Below, one piece after another: positions 1 to 13,714 of a stretch of 64,000 bases of DNA. The translations under genes were made by a program, and so were the position numbers. The notes under the pieces were generated by a model. That model made no database searches and was not told the origin of the DNA. It saw only the letters and a list, made by a program, of their open reading frames with translations. Position 1 is the first letter of the stretch. Each line of letters begins with the position of its first letter. Origin of the DNA: Eledone cirrhosa (Eukaryota); contig OZ024755.1 in the NCBI GenBank assembly GCA_964016885.1, positions 5,146,001 to 5,210,000 of the forward strand. Reading direction: 5' to 3'.

Positions 1-355
1 TAATTGTTTCTACTTTTTGGCACAAGGCCAGCAATCACCCCAGTGCATTACTGGTACTTTATTTTATCGACCCCGTAAGGATGAAAGGCAAAGCTAACCT
101 CGGTGGGGTTTGAATTCAGAACGTAAAGGGTCATAACTCTATGCCTCGATGCATGGTGTCCGACGCTCTACCGATACTGCCAATCTACGGAATAATAATT
201 GTTTCTACGTTAGGCACAAGGCCAGCAATTACCCCAGTACATTACTGGTACTTTATTTTATCGACCCCGTAAGGATGAAAGGCAAAGTTAACCTCGGCAG
301 GATTTGAACTCAGAATGGCAAGGGCCGCAACTCTATGCGTCAACGCATGGCGTGA
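1..355 (-). mobile_element. Two tandem copies of tRNA-derived SINE family A
   Basis: Reverse complement shows B box GAGTTCAAATC-like, central GCCTTTCATCCTTACGGGGTCGATAAAATAAAGTACCAG and tail GTAGAAACAATTA in both copies; A box TGGCAGTATCGG in the first. Confidence 0.85.
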
Positions 356-394
356 AAATTATTGTGGCAAGGGCGACCCTTGTCTGCTTAATCT

Positions 395-567
395 GGTCCC
401 AGCTTCAAGAAAAAGCTAACAGACTCCCCAGTCTTGAGGTCCCAGCTTCAAGAACAAGCTAACAGACTCCCCATTCTTGAGGTCCCAGCTTCAAGAACAA
501 GCTAACAGACTCCCCATTCTTGAGGTCCCAGCTTCAAGAACAAGCTAACAGACTCCCCATTCTTGAA
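395..567. repeat. 43-bp tandem repeat x4
   Basis: GGTCCCAGCTTCAAGAACAAGCTAACAGACTCCCCATTCTTGA. Confidence 0.95.
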
Positions 568-683
568 TAAACAAATAAAGACTCACTGAAATAATTTAAA
601 TCATGGAAAGTAATTGAAAAAACAACAAAAATTACTTGGTAACATCCTGAAAGGTAGGATTAATATAATTATAGTAATAAAGG

Positions 684-858
684 TATGTATATATATATAT
701 ACACACAATGTATATACACAAATATATATATACACACACGTATATACACACATATATATATATATATACAGAAATGTGTATATATATATATACACACACA
801 TACACACATATATGTATATATACACAGAAACATGTATATATATATACACAATGTATAT

Positions 859-891
<33 letters not shown>

Positions 892-1240
892 CACAAACGT
901 GTATATATATACACACAATGTATATACACAAATATATATATACACACACGTATATACACACATATATATATATATATACAGAAATGTGTATATATATATA
1001 CACACACATACACACATATATGTATATATACACAGAAACATGTATATATATATACACAATGTATATACACACACACACATACACACACATATATATATAT
1101 ATACACAAACGTGTATATATATACACACAATGTATATACACAAATATATATACACACACATATATACACACATAATGTATATACACAAATATATATATAC
1201 ACACATATATATACACAGATACACACACATGCACACATAA
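684..1240. repeat. Compound (TA)/(CA) microsatellite with higher-order duplication
   Basis: Recurring acaatgtatat, cagaaatgtg and cagaaacatg landmarks at ~210 bp spacing. Confidence 0.95.
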
Positions 1241-1370
1241 GTATGAAAGTGTAGAAAAGCTGTGTGTGTGTTGCTATGAGATAAATTAATTAAAATAATT
1301 TGGTTTGGTGATATGACTTCAGAGAAATGATGGTGCTGTTTACCATCTTATGTAGAGTGTATACATACAC

Positions 1371-1409
<39 letters not shown>

Positions 1410-1537
1410 CACACATACACAGATATACACACAGACAGGTGGACAGTAACTGTCTAAGAACTGACACTCACTGACCACCTGACCAACTCCTGGAAAAACA
1501 GGAGCAGATGATGGCAGTGATGATGATGATGATGATG

Positions 1538-1596
<59 letters not shown>

Positions 1597-2487
1597 TAGC
1601 GATATCTGCAAGATAACTACTTTTTCTGCACATGGCTTCTGCACAACATTATCAAAGTTTTTTCCAGATAACAGAAATTAAAATTAGCATTTGAATCATA
1701 TGTAATTCTTCTTCCACCACTACATGTTGCCGTTGTTGTTGTTGTACATTCCTTTTAGTAACATTTCCAGTTCCGGATATGACTTGCTCTATCATAATAT
1801 CTATGGAGCTGATATATTAAAGTAGGGGGGGGGGGTCTCGATGGTTGGGGTTTGTGTTGGGTTTCTCTGTTTTGGTTGCGGTTTGTGTTTTTGTCTGGTT
1901 TTGTTTGGTGTGTGTGTGTGTTTTAATGTCTGCTTGTGTATGAGTGTGTGTGTGTGTGTGTGTGTGTGTCTTTGTTTGGTTATATTTTGTTAGTGTGTTT
2001 GTCATTTATCAGTTGCAATCTCCAGGTATGTCTGACTTGTTTCAAATATTTCTCTCTGTTTTTCTTTTTTCAACCAAGAGACTAAGAGTGTTGTGATGTT
2101 CATGACTTTTTCAATCATATCTTAATGTCAAATTGCTTCTAGTAATGTTGCAACTGCATTCATTAAGCTAATTAAAAACAAACAAACAAACACCTAACAA
2201 TGCAAACAATTGTCTTCTACTACTCATGGCAATTCAATTTATTTGACATTCCACTAACACAATCTGATAGATTGTTGCCTTAACATTTAACCCTTTGCAT
2301 ACCAAACTGATAGATAGCATTAGCAATTGGAAAAGACCAATGGAAACATTATTTCCTTGGTCCGATTTTACGAGTTCCTCCCACTTGGTTTGTAAATGAT
2401 GTCTGGGATCTTGTTGATTGATTCGATCGATAAAAAGCCTAAACTATCTGAAACTGTTCATGGTTCTATGATACAAAACTATTTTAA

Positions 2488-2682
2488 TCCTTTAGCATTT
2501 AAACTGGCCATATCCAGCCAGAATTCTCTCACTTCTTTCTGTTCAAACTGGCCACTCATACTGACATTAAGGTATTGTTCTCAAAATAAATAATAATAAT
2601 ATCAAAATCTCACAGATTCCATATTATGTGAGAAAAAACCTTTACCATGAAAATATAATAGAGTAATGTAAATGCTAAAGGG
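2488..2682. mobile_element. piggyBac-type MITE family 1
   Basis: TTAA TSD and (T)CCTTTAGCATTT / AAATGCTAAAGGG TIRs. Confidence 0.8.
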
Positions 2683-3519
2683 TTAAAATATCTTCTATGT
2701 CCCCAAACTAAAACCTTAACAGAACTCCAAAGTTGAATCAGTGTGAGATAATATATGACAAGGCTAGACCATTGCACCACAGAGACAATCTGACGGTCTT
2801 CTACACAGTTACTGCCTACACAAGGTATCTACTCCATATACAAACACCACCACACCTCTTTTGTCAACTAGACACAAGAGAAACAGCCTTCTCTTCTCAC
2901 ACACTTCTATAGAAAAAAAAAAAAAACAGGTATGTGAGAAACTAAAACAAAAACCATGCCAAATTTCTATTGTAAACCAAACTCTAGATTCTACTCCACC
3001 TCCTCCAGGCAGCAGCACCAACAGCAACAATTCAGCAGGTAACAGTAATAGGGTAACATTATACATTCAAAGAAAAGTCTCCACAGATTTAGCACCATAC
3101 CAAAGCAAGCATTACACATATACACGCAATTTGTAAGATTACAGTGCCACTCAGTCTCCACCCCCACTACCCCAGTCTCCTCACCACTACCCCAGTCTTC
3201 ACCCCGCTAGCTTGCACAAATAGAACAAGCAGCCATATGTTGCAAAAGTTTCTGACTCATTCCACTGAATATTGCAGTTTTACCAAGATTGGCACAACAA
3301 GTGAGATATAGTGAAGAAAAAATCTCTAATTCTAAAATCTCTAATTTTATATATATATATAATCATCATTTTACGTAGGGTGGGACGGGATCTGATTCTG
3401 GTTTGATTTCTACAGCTGGATGCCCTTCCTAACACCAACCTCATTTACAGTGAGTGCTGGGTGCTTTTTTGCCGTGGCACCTCCACGACCACTTTGCAGT
3501 GGAATGATATGGACCTCAG

Positions 3520-3669
3520 TCTTATCTCATTTCTACAGCTGAGTAAACTGGAGCAATGTGAAATAAAGTGTCTTGCTCAAGGAAACAACACATTACCCGG
3601 TCTGAGAATTGAACTCACAACCCTTCGATTGCAAGGCCAATGCTCTAACCACTAAGCCATGTGCCTCCA
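3520..3669 (-). mobile_element. tRNA-derived SINE family B (CORE-like)
   Basis: Reverse complement: TGGCTTAGTGG (A box), GAGTTCAATTC (B box), CCTTGAGCAAGACACTTTA (CORE-like). Further copies near 7445-7680, 14530-14645, 19045-19130, 25600-25715 and 39300-39390. Confidence 0.75.
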
Positions 3670-3691
3670 TCATATATATATATATATATAT

Positions 3692-3810
3692 ATAGGAAAA
3701 TGTTTAACCCCGATGGCAGAGCTCAAGCCGTTTCGATGGCTATTTCTAGAGTCCAGAAATAGCCGTCGGAACGGCTTGAGCTCTGCCGTCGGGGTTAAAC
3801 ATTTTCCTAT
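3692..3810. repeat. Near-perfect inverted repeat (56-bp arms) within a (TA)n-flanked element (3692-3887)
   Basis: 3692-3747 is the reverse complement of 3755-3810 with three mismatches. The adjacent 3811-3860 recurs inverted near 21105-21160. Confidence 0.9.
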
Positions 3811-3886
3811 TACCCACTCTACTACCCTAAGTATTGAGTACTCTGGTGCGTTATGGTCCATCTGGTTCCTTACCACACTTTCTTTG

Positions 3887-3958
<72 letters not shown>

Positions 3959-4249
3959 CTTCTGCAGGACTAGAACTGTTTCATTCAGAGGAAATCATCA
4001 GGAAAGCCAACTGGCATTGTAATAAGGTGGTATTTGTATGGTTTCTGGTGGTTGGAGAAAGTGGTGATTTTGAGGATGGGTAGGGGTCATTGGTTGAGGG
4101 AAAAACTATTTTTTTAGAAATAAACAATTAATACAATGACACAAATAAAAGGCAAGGTTCATTATATATACATACATTTATTATGGCTAATTAGTGAGTG
4201 TTGTTACTCTGGAGTTTCACCTGCACTCACAGGATCACCAGACAAGGTG

Positions 4250-4311
<62 letters not shown>

Positions 4312-4779
4312 TGTGGATAGCAGATATGAAGATATATAGTCTGTATCAGCAAGACATGGTCATCTGATCTGATCACACTTGTCTCAAAACTGGGCAGCTC
4401 GTCTGACCCATGCTAGCATGGAAAATGGATGTTAAACGGTGATGATGAAGAAGATAGGAAGATTACACTAGAGAGAGAGACTTATGGATAAAAGAGCTCC
4501 TGTTTCCACTGTCAGTCAGTAAAACCAGACTGCCATGGAACTAAAACTAATATATACTAAGTGATTTAGTTAATGGAATTAGTAACTTTTTAACAACTAC
4601 AAATATAACCAATGTGAGTGCGTGAGTTTGTGCGTAAATGTATGTGTGAGGGTGCGTGTGCGTGGATGTGTGTAAAAGAGGTTTGTAACTGTATGGAGAG
4701 GGATCAAAGAATGAGACAGTGGTGCTCTCAAGTGCAGATAACTTTCTAAATAGAGAGGGGGGGGTAAAAGTGGGAAGAG

Positions 4780-5009
4780 AGACGGAGAGGAAAACAGAGG
4801 GAGAGAAGGAGAACGGGAGAGAAGGAGAAAGAGAGAGGAGAATGGGAGAGAGAGAGAGAAGAGAACGGGAGAGAGAGAAAGAGAGAGAAGGAGAATGGGA
4901 GAGAGAGAGAGAGAGAGAGAGGAGAACGGGAGAGAGAGAAGAGAACGGGAGAGAGAGAGAAGAGAACGGGAGAGAGAGAGAAGAGAACGGGAGAGAGAGA
5001 GAAGAGAAC

Positions 5010-5049
<40 letters not shown>

Positions 5050-5055
5050 GAGAGA
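4780..5055. repeat. (GA)n-derived purine-rich repeat
   Basis: gagaacgggagagagagagaa units. Confidence 0.95.
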
Positions 5056-6170
5056 ATACATGCAAGCTGAAACTGTGTGAATGAAATGAAATAAGATTTT
5101 GTTTTTTCAAAGAATCGGTAAATAAAACCTGAAATTACTAACTAGAGACTAATTATTAGTATATTAGTACAGAGACAGTCACTAATGGTGAAAGGAAGAC
5201 AGACAGACAAACACACCAAATAATTAAAAAATTTCAAATTTCTCGTTGTTACTTAAGCCAACCAGATGTTCACAGTCTTCCTAAAAAATGGCAATGCATG
5301 CACAGAGACCTCTTAACACCATAGTTTAACCCTTTAGCATTTGCATTTCTCTATATTTACTATTTTATCGGGGTCGATAAAATAAAGTACCAGTAATGTT
5401 CTGAGTAATTGCTGGCTTTGTGCCAAAAGTAGAAATAATTACTCTATATTTAGTATTGTATTACTAAGGTAAAGGTTTTACCTCACATAATATCGAATCT
5501 ATGAGATTCTGATATTTATTTTGAGAAGAATACCTTAAGTGGATGGTTAACGCTGGTTTGAACAGAAAGAGGTGAAAGAAGCCTGGCTGGATAAAGCCAG
5601 ATACTGACATCTGAGAGATGAAGAGTGACTCCTCGTATTTGACCCGATTTTCTCAACTATTTATAGTGATCATCTATTACTATACTATACTTATTTACAT
5701 TGGCACAACTGCATTTCAATTTTTTCTCAATGTTTCTTAAGTCAACCAGATGTTTACAGTTAAAATAAGTTGTATTTTGTTTTGTTTTTGAAAACATCCA
5801 TAACTGTTTAGAAGTGGCCCAACACCCACCCCTATACTTGTAAATATTACAGCTATTTCAAGAAACACTATTTTCAGACATAATAGTTTCAATTTGTTAA
5901 CTACAGATTTCTTGAGATAGTCACAGAATTGGACAAATTTTTTCTTCCGATAGTCACAGAGTTGGAGAAACTTTTGAAACATTTGGTAACAGAAAGAGGT
6001 TCTAGTTTCCAACCTTGCTGAGGGCAACTTTGCTTTCATACTTCCAAGGCAATAAAGAAATAAAATACCAGTCAAGTACAAGGATTTGAAACAGATTTAT
6101 AGCTGTTTATTAGTACTTGTAGATTTTTCTGTTATTTCAAGAAAAAGTTGTTTTAATCATCATCACTTAA

Positions 6171-6378
6171 CCCTTTAGCATTTAAACCGGCCATATCCGG
6201 CCAGAATTTTTTCACTTCTTTCTGTTCAAACCAGCCATAACTGGCTGCTTATACTTATGTTAAAGTATTGTTCTCGAAATAAATAATATTAAGATCTCAT
6301 AGCTTCAATATTATGTAAGATAAAGCCTTCACCACTAAAATACAATAGTTTATATAGAGTAATGTAAATGCTGAAGGG
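6171..6378. mobile_element. piggyBac-type MITE family 1 (~200 bp)
   Basis: TTAA-CCCTTTAGCATTT ... AAATGCTGAAGGG-TTAA. Confidence 0.85.
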
Positions 6379-6414
6379 TTAATGTCCATTTTCTCCCAGT
6401 TAACAGCAAATCCT

Positions 6415-6635
6415 GTAACAAGCTCTTATACAGAGTATTTCAGTAAATATATGGAAGCAGAGAGTGTAATGTGACAAACCCTTATAGTTTATTTCAGTAA
6501 ATATATGGAAGCAGAGAGTGTAATGCGACAAACCCTTATAGTTTATTTCAGTAAATATATGGGAGCAATGAGTGTAATACTGTGTGACAAGCTCTTATAG
6601 AATTTATTTCAGTAAACATATGGGAGCAGAGAGTG
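6415..6635. repeat. ~57-bp tandem repeat x4
   Basis: tatttcagtaaatatatggaagcagagagtgtaat...cttatag. Confidence 0.9.
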
Positions 6636-9123
6636 CCTAATTATAGAAATCATGTATTATGAGATGAGCTTAATAACCTCTATCTATTCCACAGAGGATG
6701 ATGGTCCCATCAGAACTCCTGCATAAAACACACTGCACCTGATTTTTCTCGATATTATACACAGATTCTCCCTATCCCCAACTCCACTACCACCACCAGG
6801 TAAATATCTTTAGTATGTAGCTGTTTTTTTTTTTCACCAGTTCTCAACAACTGACAATGAAATACTAACCAGATCCCTGCACCCTCAGGCCTACACAAGT
6901 CTTAGCCTACACACACCGCCTTGCCTTAATAAAAGGAAATAATTAAATATAAAATAATGTATATGATTAAGTGTTCAGTCTATCTTACATTTCATAAAGT
7001 ACAAAGACATTTTCTTCCCTTTTCTTGTTCTTTTCTTCAAGTTTGTATATGATGTCAGAGGGGATTGGCAGAGAAATAAATTTGATTTGGTAAGAAGAAT
7101 ATCATGAGAGGCTTGGTATGACCTGTGAGTGGTGCCAAAGGTCCACAGCATGATAGCATATATAAAGTCTACTGAGTCAGGCTAGAAATAAAGACAACAC
7201 CCTGTTGCCAAAAACATTGTTCAGTGTTTGCATGTGTGAGAGAGAGAGATTGTGTGTATGTGTGAGAGAGAGACTGTGTGATGTGTGAGAGAGAGACTGT
7301 GTGATGTGTGAGAGAGAGACTGTGTGATGTGTGAGAGAGAGACTGTGTGATGTGTGAGAGAGAGACTGTGTGTTTGTGTGTGTGAGAGACTGTGTGTTTG
7401 TGAGAGAGAGACTGTGTGTTTGTGAGACAATGCCAGGTTCTGACTCATTTGTGTGAACTAGAGCAATATGACTAAGAGACAATGCCCTGCCAAGAATTGA
7501 ACCCATAAACTCGTGAGTGTTAGTAGACCACCTTAACCACTAAACAAGTGTGGCAGTAATACCAAAGTGACTAAGTGTCTTGCTCAAGGACACAATGCCC
7601 TGCCAAGAATTGAACCCATAAACTCGTGAGTGTTAGTAGACCACCTTAACCACTAAACTAAGTGTGGCAGCAATACTAAAGTGACTAACTTATCACCCAC
7701 TTCTTTTTACTTCCTTTACATTGTTATCTCAAATAACAAACATTGCTCTGAGAATTTCACCTAAACCTTCCTCTACACAACAGCATCCCTTAAGACACTC
7801 CCTCTCAATTATATTTTCCACTCAACCATTGACCATCTATGGGATGTAACTGATTATTAACTATATTAACCATACCCAATACTTATTTTAACTAAATGGA
7901 AATCAAATTTACAGCTCCCACACCTACGCATGTTTAGCTGGCCCCTACAAGATTGCACCTTGTGCGAGGTTTCTTGGGTATTTTAATGATAGGAGCCACT
8001 TATCCCTATTATGAAAAGCAATGTGAAATGAAATGAAAACCAAAAAGATAGAGCCACTAAAAAAAGGGTCAAGCTAAGGAAAGCATACTTCTATAAGTAT
8101 TTTTCCTTTCCTAGTGTTATCCATTAGTCTTTCCTTTTCTTGTGCTAACCACCAGGCGTCACTCCTGGTAGAAACTGCTCTGCTTTCCCAGTAAGAGGAA
8201 GTAGGATTTGAACTCAGAATATAGAGATGGGAGATGGAAGAGATACAACAAAGAATTCCGTCTGACTCTTTAATAATTCCGCTAACTCACCAAACTCTCA
8301 TCTGGTACGTTATCGACCCCCCCCTCCCCCAAGGGTGAAAGGCAACATTGACCCTAGCTGGACTTCAACACAGAACCAGAACAAATACCAGAGATTCAGA
8401 CAGTAACCACAAATGACTGCTAATTGGCAGCTAGGATTAAAAGCACATAAAATGATGTGAAGTTTAAAACCCATGTGCTTCATAGCAGCAGCAGTAGTAG
8501 CAGCAGCAATAATAGTAATAGCAGTGGTGGTGGTGGTAGTAGTAGTAGTAGTAGTAATAGCAATAATAATAGTTGCTGTGGTGGTGGTGGTAGTAGTAGT
8601 AGTAATGTTGGTGTCAGTGGTGTTGGTCGCAGTAGTAGTAGTAGTAGTAGCAGCAGCAGCAGTAGCAGTAATCATCAGGATTATTACAGGCCAATAGAAA
8701 TAAGAAGACTTGCTTGATTGTCGGAAATGATACAAACACAAGTGAATATATGAAATCAGTGAAGCCAAAAGTTGCACAAAAGGCTACAAATAACATTCCA
8801 GACAGAACGATAGTGAAAGCAACATTTCCTCTGCACTATATATTGCCAACATCTCCATTACCAATATTTTACTTTTTCCTCCTGACTATATTTCTCATAA
8901 AACATACAAACATAGCCTATGATTTTCAAATAACTTTTGAAAACAATCAAGAATTTAGAGGAATTTAGTAATATAACTAACTTTCTCGTTGTCTAGTGTT
9001 AGGAATATAACGGTTATTTATTTATTTAATCAATTTAAACGTCTGTATAGAGCTAGTAAGCCATGACAATAAAAAAAAAAATGTTTAAAGGAAAAAAAAA
9101 AACTAGAAAAAAAATCCAAATAT

Positions 9124-9308
9124 TACAGTAAAGTAAACCCATCAAATGGGTTATCCCACTCTCAGAAACAGAACATCTTTACAGTAAAGTAGACCCATCA
9201 AATTGTTATCCCACTTCTAGAAACAGAACATCTTTACAGTAAAGTAAACCCATCAAATGGGTTATCCCACTCCCAGAAACAGAACATCTTTACAGTAAAG
9301 TAGAGCCA
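9124..9308. repeat. ~57-bp tandem repeat x3
   Basis: tacagtaaagtaaacccatcaaatgggttatcccact..agaaacagaacatctt. Confidence 0.9.
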
Positions 9309-10303
9309 TATTCTAGCTGTTGGAAGCTAAAGATGTCCAACTCCAATATCTATGATGTATTATATTAAACCTTTGTAAGGAGTAAAACAAATAAAAAAAA
9401 AAGACCATCTAACAAAGGTTAATTACAAATAGATCATAAATAATGTTAAGAATAAGACATCTGGCAGGCATCACCACCACTGCCATTACACCACCATGTA
9501 TGTGTGCATGCATATGTGTATGTGTGTATGTATATATATATATATATATGTATGTGTATGTATATGTATGTATGTAAGTGTGAAGAAGGAAGAGACTATT
9601 TAGTTGGGTAAGTTAACATTTCTAAAAAAAAAAAAATCAAGCAGATTTGATGAGGGGGGAGTGGAATGGGGGGAAGTAATTTCAGATGTGGGATGAGGGG
9701 AGGGGAGGGGGGGGGGGTTAGTGAAACAGCTGAGACATTACACCAGATGTACACACACACACTCGTAACCACACAAATAATACCACACACACTCACAACC
9801 ACACAGCCATATACACACCCAGACAACCACACACAGAAAAGCCTTCCACTCCAAGACATATTTAGAAAACAGTCCCAGATTTCTTGAGAAGTGTACTAGA
9901 GGAAATTTATAATTGAAGATTCTATCTCAGTTGCCGTCCACCCACCCACACACACATATATATATATATAAACAGAATTACAACATACTTCTAGAGTATT
10001 TCTGCCAAGTTCATACAGAGGTACCAACCAACCAAAGAGGAATCATTCCTAAAAGATACCACTTTCAGATTCAGCAGCCAGAGGAAGAACACTTATAACC
10101 ATACAACAACAATATAGAACTGGGTTACTGGTAACTATTCTGTTATGTTTAAACCATAGTGCTGCTGGCACTATAAGTGGGGTGAGGTGAGAAAGCTGGT
10201 ATAGCTTCTAATATAGTAAAGGTTAAAATATACTAGCAAGATTAGTTAACACATACACACATTTCCAGAACATGTGTCACTGCTTCTACCTAAGGTTACT
10301 TAA

Positions 10304-10553
10304 CCCTTTTGCATTTACATTACTCTATATATACTATTGTATTTTCACAGTAAAAGCTTTTACCACACATAATATCTCGCATTGTATTTTCATGGTAAAG
10401 ACTTTACCTCACATAATATCGAATCTATAAGATTTTGCTATTATTTATATTGTGAACAATACCTTATCAATATGAGCAGCCAGTTACAGCTGGTTTGAAC
10501 AGAAAGAGGTGAGAGAATTCTGGCCAGATATGGCTGGTTTAAATGCTAGAGGG
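10304..10553. mobile_element. piggyBac-type MITE family 1 with an internal ~45-bp duplication
   Basis: TTAA TSD, TIRs and shared internal sequence. Confidence 0.8.
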
Positions 10554-11193
10554 TTAAAAAAAATATATCAATAAATATCAATTATAAAGACATATATGCT
10601 TCACAGATGTCTTTAATTGAAACCACGGCCAGATTTAATGGAGGGCCAAGGTGGAAATTGCCCTGGGTCCCTCACTGCAGGGGGCCTCACCAGCGACAGC
10701 TGTAGCAATTTATTTGTGCCCTCAGCTGGACCTTTTAGTTTTAGGATGGTTAGAATTTTTTAATTTAATTCCTGTATGTATAACTTTTCAATTTAATAGT
10801 AATTCATATCTGGCAGCCTGACACACAAGAAAATAGATTCTTCTGTGTTGTTTACACACAATTCAGTCAATTACTGTGACACTATAACACTATTACATTG
10901 TATAGTTAAGGTCACCTAACCTTGTGATGCTAGTATTGTTATTATTATATTCAGAATGTACAACCATACATTTTAGTAACAAAAACAACCACATCCCTAC
11001 CGTACCATTTCAAGGCTGCTTAATGTCATCATAAAATACACCAAGCCCACTCTAAAGTGGTAGTGTTGGTATCACAATATAATGTAACAACAAAAACGTT
11101 TTAACTCTGGATACCAAGTTACTTGAAATAATTCCTGGATCTATGATACAAAATTGCTCGTTTCAAAATATTCCTATTTAAATTAAATCTTCT

Positions 11194-11275
11194 ATCATCA
11201 TCATCATCATCATCATCAACGTTTAACGTCCGTGTTCCACGCTTGCATGGGTTTGGACGGGGGTAGTCCCACTTC
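11194..11275 (-). mobile_element. Very short RTE 3' end copy
   Basis: (cat)n-caacgtttaacgtccgtgttccacgcttgcatgggtttggacggggg, identical to the other copies. Confidence 0.8.
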
Positions 11276-11454
11276 ATAATTTTGTTAATTATGATCCAAA
11301 TATCAGCTTATTAAATAAAAAAATTATTTAGCTAAATTCCTCCAAATTCTTCATTATTTTCAAAACATTGAAACATGGTCTAAATATTTCCCTACTAAAG
11401 CAAGGGTTAGCTTTATGGGGCCTGTAACAAGGTTCTCCATATTGCTCTATCCTC

Positions 11455-11620
11455 TACATCCATCCTATCACCAAACACCTGGCTTTCTTATCCTCTATCT
11501 TTAGCCATATATTTCCTGGTCTTCCTTCCACATACATTTCCATCACTTCTTTCACCAAACCACTCTCATCCTTCATCACATGACCCAGCCATCTCATACC
11601 ATTTCTCCATGGAGAAGCAG
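11455..11620 (-). pseudogene. RTE LINE 3' coding fragment
   Basis: Translates as MRWLGHVMKDESGLVKEVMEMYVEGRPGNIW, the RTE RW-GHV...GRP--W signature. Confidence 0.65.
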
Positions 11621-11674
11621 CAAGAGAAGAAAGCTGGAATGAATGGAAATAGGAACGGTTTGGTGGGTGGGTGG

Positions 11675-11743
<69 letters not shown>

Positions 11744-13460
11744 TATGAACAATGAATTGCTCAGAGAGAATGATGGGAATGAAGCCAATAATGAATGTTG
11801 TGAGGAGAAATGAAATGGCTGAGCTGATAACAGGCAAGCCAAGTTCCCGGCTTGAAGTGTTAACACTGAAGTATTCAGCTACAGAAAGAATTGCTTCAAG
11901 CCAGGATACAAATGTGTAAATATGTGTTGGGGAGGGGGGTAGTATAATTTCATTCATGCTACCAGTGGGGGGTGGGGAATATGGGTTTAAAGCAACATGA
12001 AAAAATATAGTAAATTAATTGTGTATTAGATTAAATGTTGGAATTTGTTGAGGGAAGAGATAGGTAGACAAAATAAAATCCAATCCTATCCCATTTGGCA
12101 AGATAAATTCCTCATCTGCTGTGCCCATAATTACACATATATAGGAGATAATAGACTATCAACGTTTCAGTATAGAGTTGCAAATAATAATAATAATAAA
12201 AGATGAGGAAATGTAAGCAAAAGTGTGTTTTGGTGTGCCATAAGAATCAATTTTAAGATATGTGCACATGTGTGTATACATGTGTGTTTGCAAGTGTGAG
12301 TGTTTGGTAAATGGAAAATGTGCAGAAGCCCCCAAGTGAAATTTAGTAAATGGAAAATGTGTAGAAACCCATTGAGTGAAATTTAGTAGATGGAAAATGT
12401 GCAGAAACCCATTGATCAAGAGCACAATGTGCTACCTAGTCCAGAAATTAAACATTATCTTATGACTGTCATTCTAACATCCTAACCATCTGCCTATATG
12501 CCATCACATTTGCATCTTTGTTTTTTTTTTTTACAGTTAAGTCATTGCAAATGTAATTCCATCTGCCAACTTCATTGATGGTGCAGTTATTTACATATGA
12601 ACAGATTCAATGATTTAACTTGAAACAGCATTTGGCAGCTTACGTTACATTAACTTTTATTTTCTTGTTTTCTTCACTGCTAAAACTGTAATCCCAAACT
12701 CCATTCAATCATATGTCTGGGCATTCACTATAAATGAATACTGTTGAAAAATAGTAATGCATTTTTTTTTTATGCCTGCAAATATTGTATATATATATAT
12801 ATAGTATAGCATCAATATATGCACACAGAAATTTACATTATTAAACAGAGCTAAAACATCAGCAGAACTATGCAACATTCTGCCATTGTTGAACAGAACT
12901 AAATCACCAGAAACTATGCAGTATTCTGCCAAGTGATTCTAGAGATGAGAACTAGGTTGTGTTTTATACAAAATAACCTATTTTATAACAAACCGCTTTC
13001 CTTACAAAATAACTTTATCTCCAGAGGAAAATGGTGTAATTAATAAGCTTTAGTTTTGGCGCTATATCCATTATTAGATTATTTCCATAATAGCACCACC
13101 ATTCTGCCAACTTTGGGAATGGTTATTGTAACCCCTGGATTGATTCAACAATGAAAATTTGCTGACTCTTCTCTCTCTCAATATATTATATATTATTATA
13201 TATATATATACATATATAATGAGAGAGAAAGAGAGAGAGGGGAGATTATGCTCTGACCATAAACAGGGTGTATCCTAGCAGAGACATCTAATGGGCATGT
13301 GATGTTAAACTGAATGACATAGAGGTGGCATAGTTGAATAAAGACAGACAAATGTAAAAAGAAAATAGCTAAAAACCATATAAGGTCATACACAAAAAAT
13401 ACATCAAAAACACAAATTGCGACCCTATTTACACTCCCTGGAGTGTAACGAGATACTTAA

Positions 13461-13714
13461 CCCTTTTGGTTACTATATTTCTCATGAAAAACACTGACTG
13501 TGATTTTCAAATAATTCTAAAAACAAAGAATGTATTTAGAGGGATTTGATAATATAACTAACTTTCTCATCATTAATCTGGTGTTTGGAACATAACTAAA
13601 CAAACGTTCTTACATAAAATTATAATGGAAGGTTTATCAATAAATATAAAAACTTCAAAATAAACAGTATTATAACACAGAACCAGGGCAGTTCCAGACG
13701 GTGATAAAAAGGGG
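13461..13714. mobile_element. piggyBac-type MITE family 2 (older, ~230-260 bp)
   Basis: TTAA-CCCTTT..TAC-ATATTTCT...AAAGGG end. Relatives at 24771-24996, 31073-31425, 41655-41918, 45960-46185 and fragments elsewhere. Confidence 0.65.

Noticed and set aside
601-1254. Six long ORFs of 150-210 aa
   Set aside because: Translations of (TA)/(CA) microsatellite in all frames.
6695-6799. Plus-strand exon-like segment (ttccacAG ... CAG|GTAAAT, 105 nt)
   Set aside because: Stop codons in all three frames and no partner exons; could be chance or a non-coding exon, and is unsupported.
8310-8777. Thr/Ala-rich mucin-like ORF (and the Gly/Val-rich ORF at 28150-28434)
   Set aside because: Trinucleotide microsatellite translations without splice or homology support.
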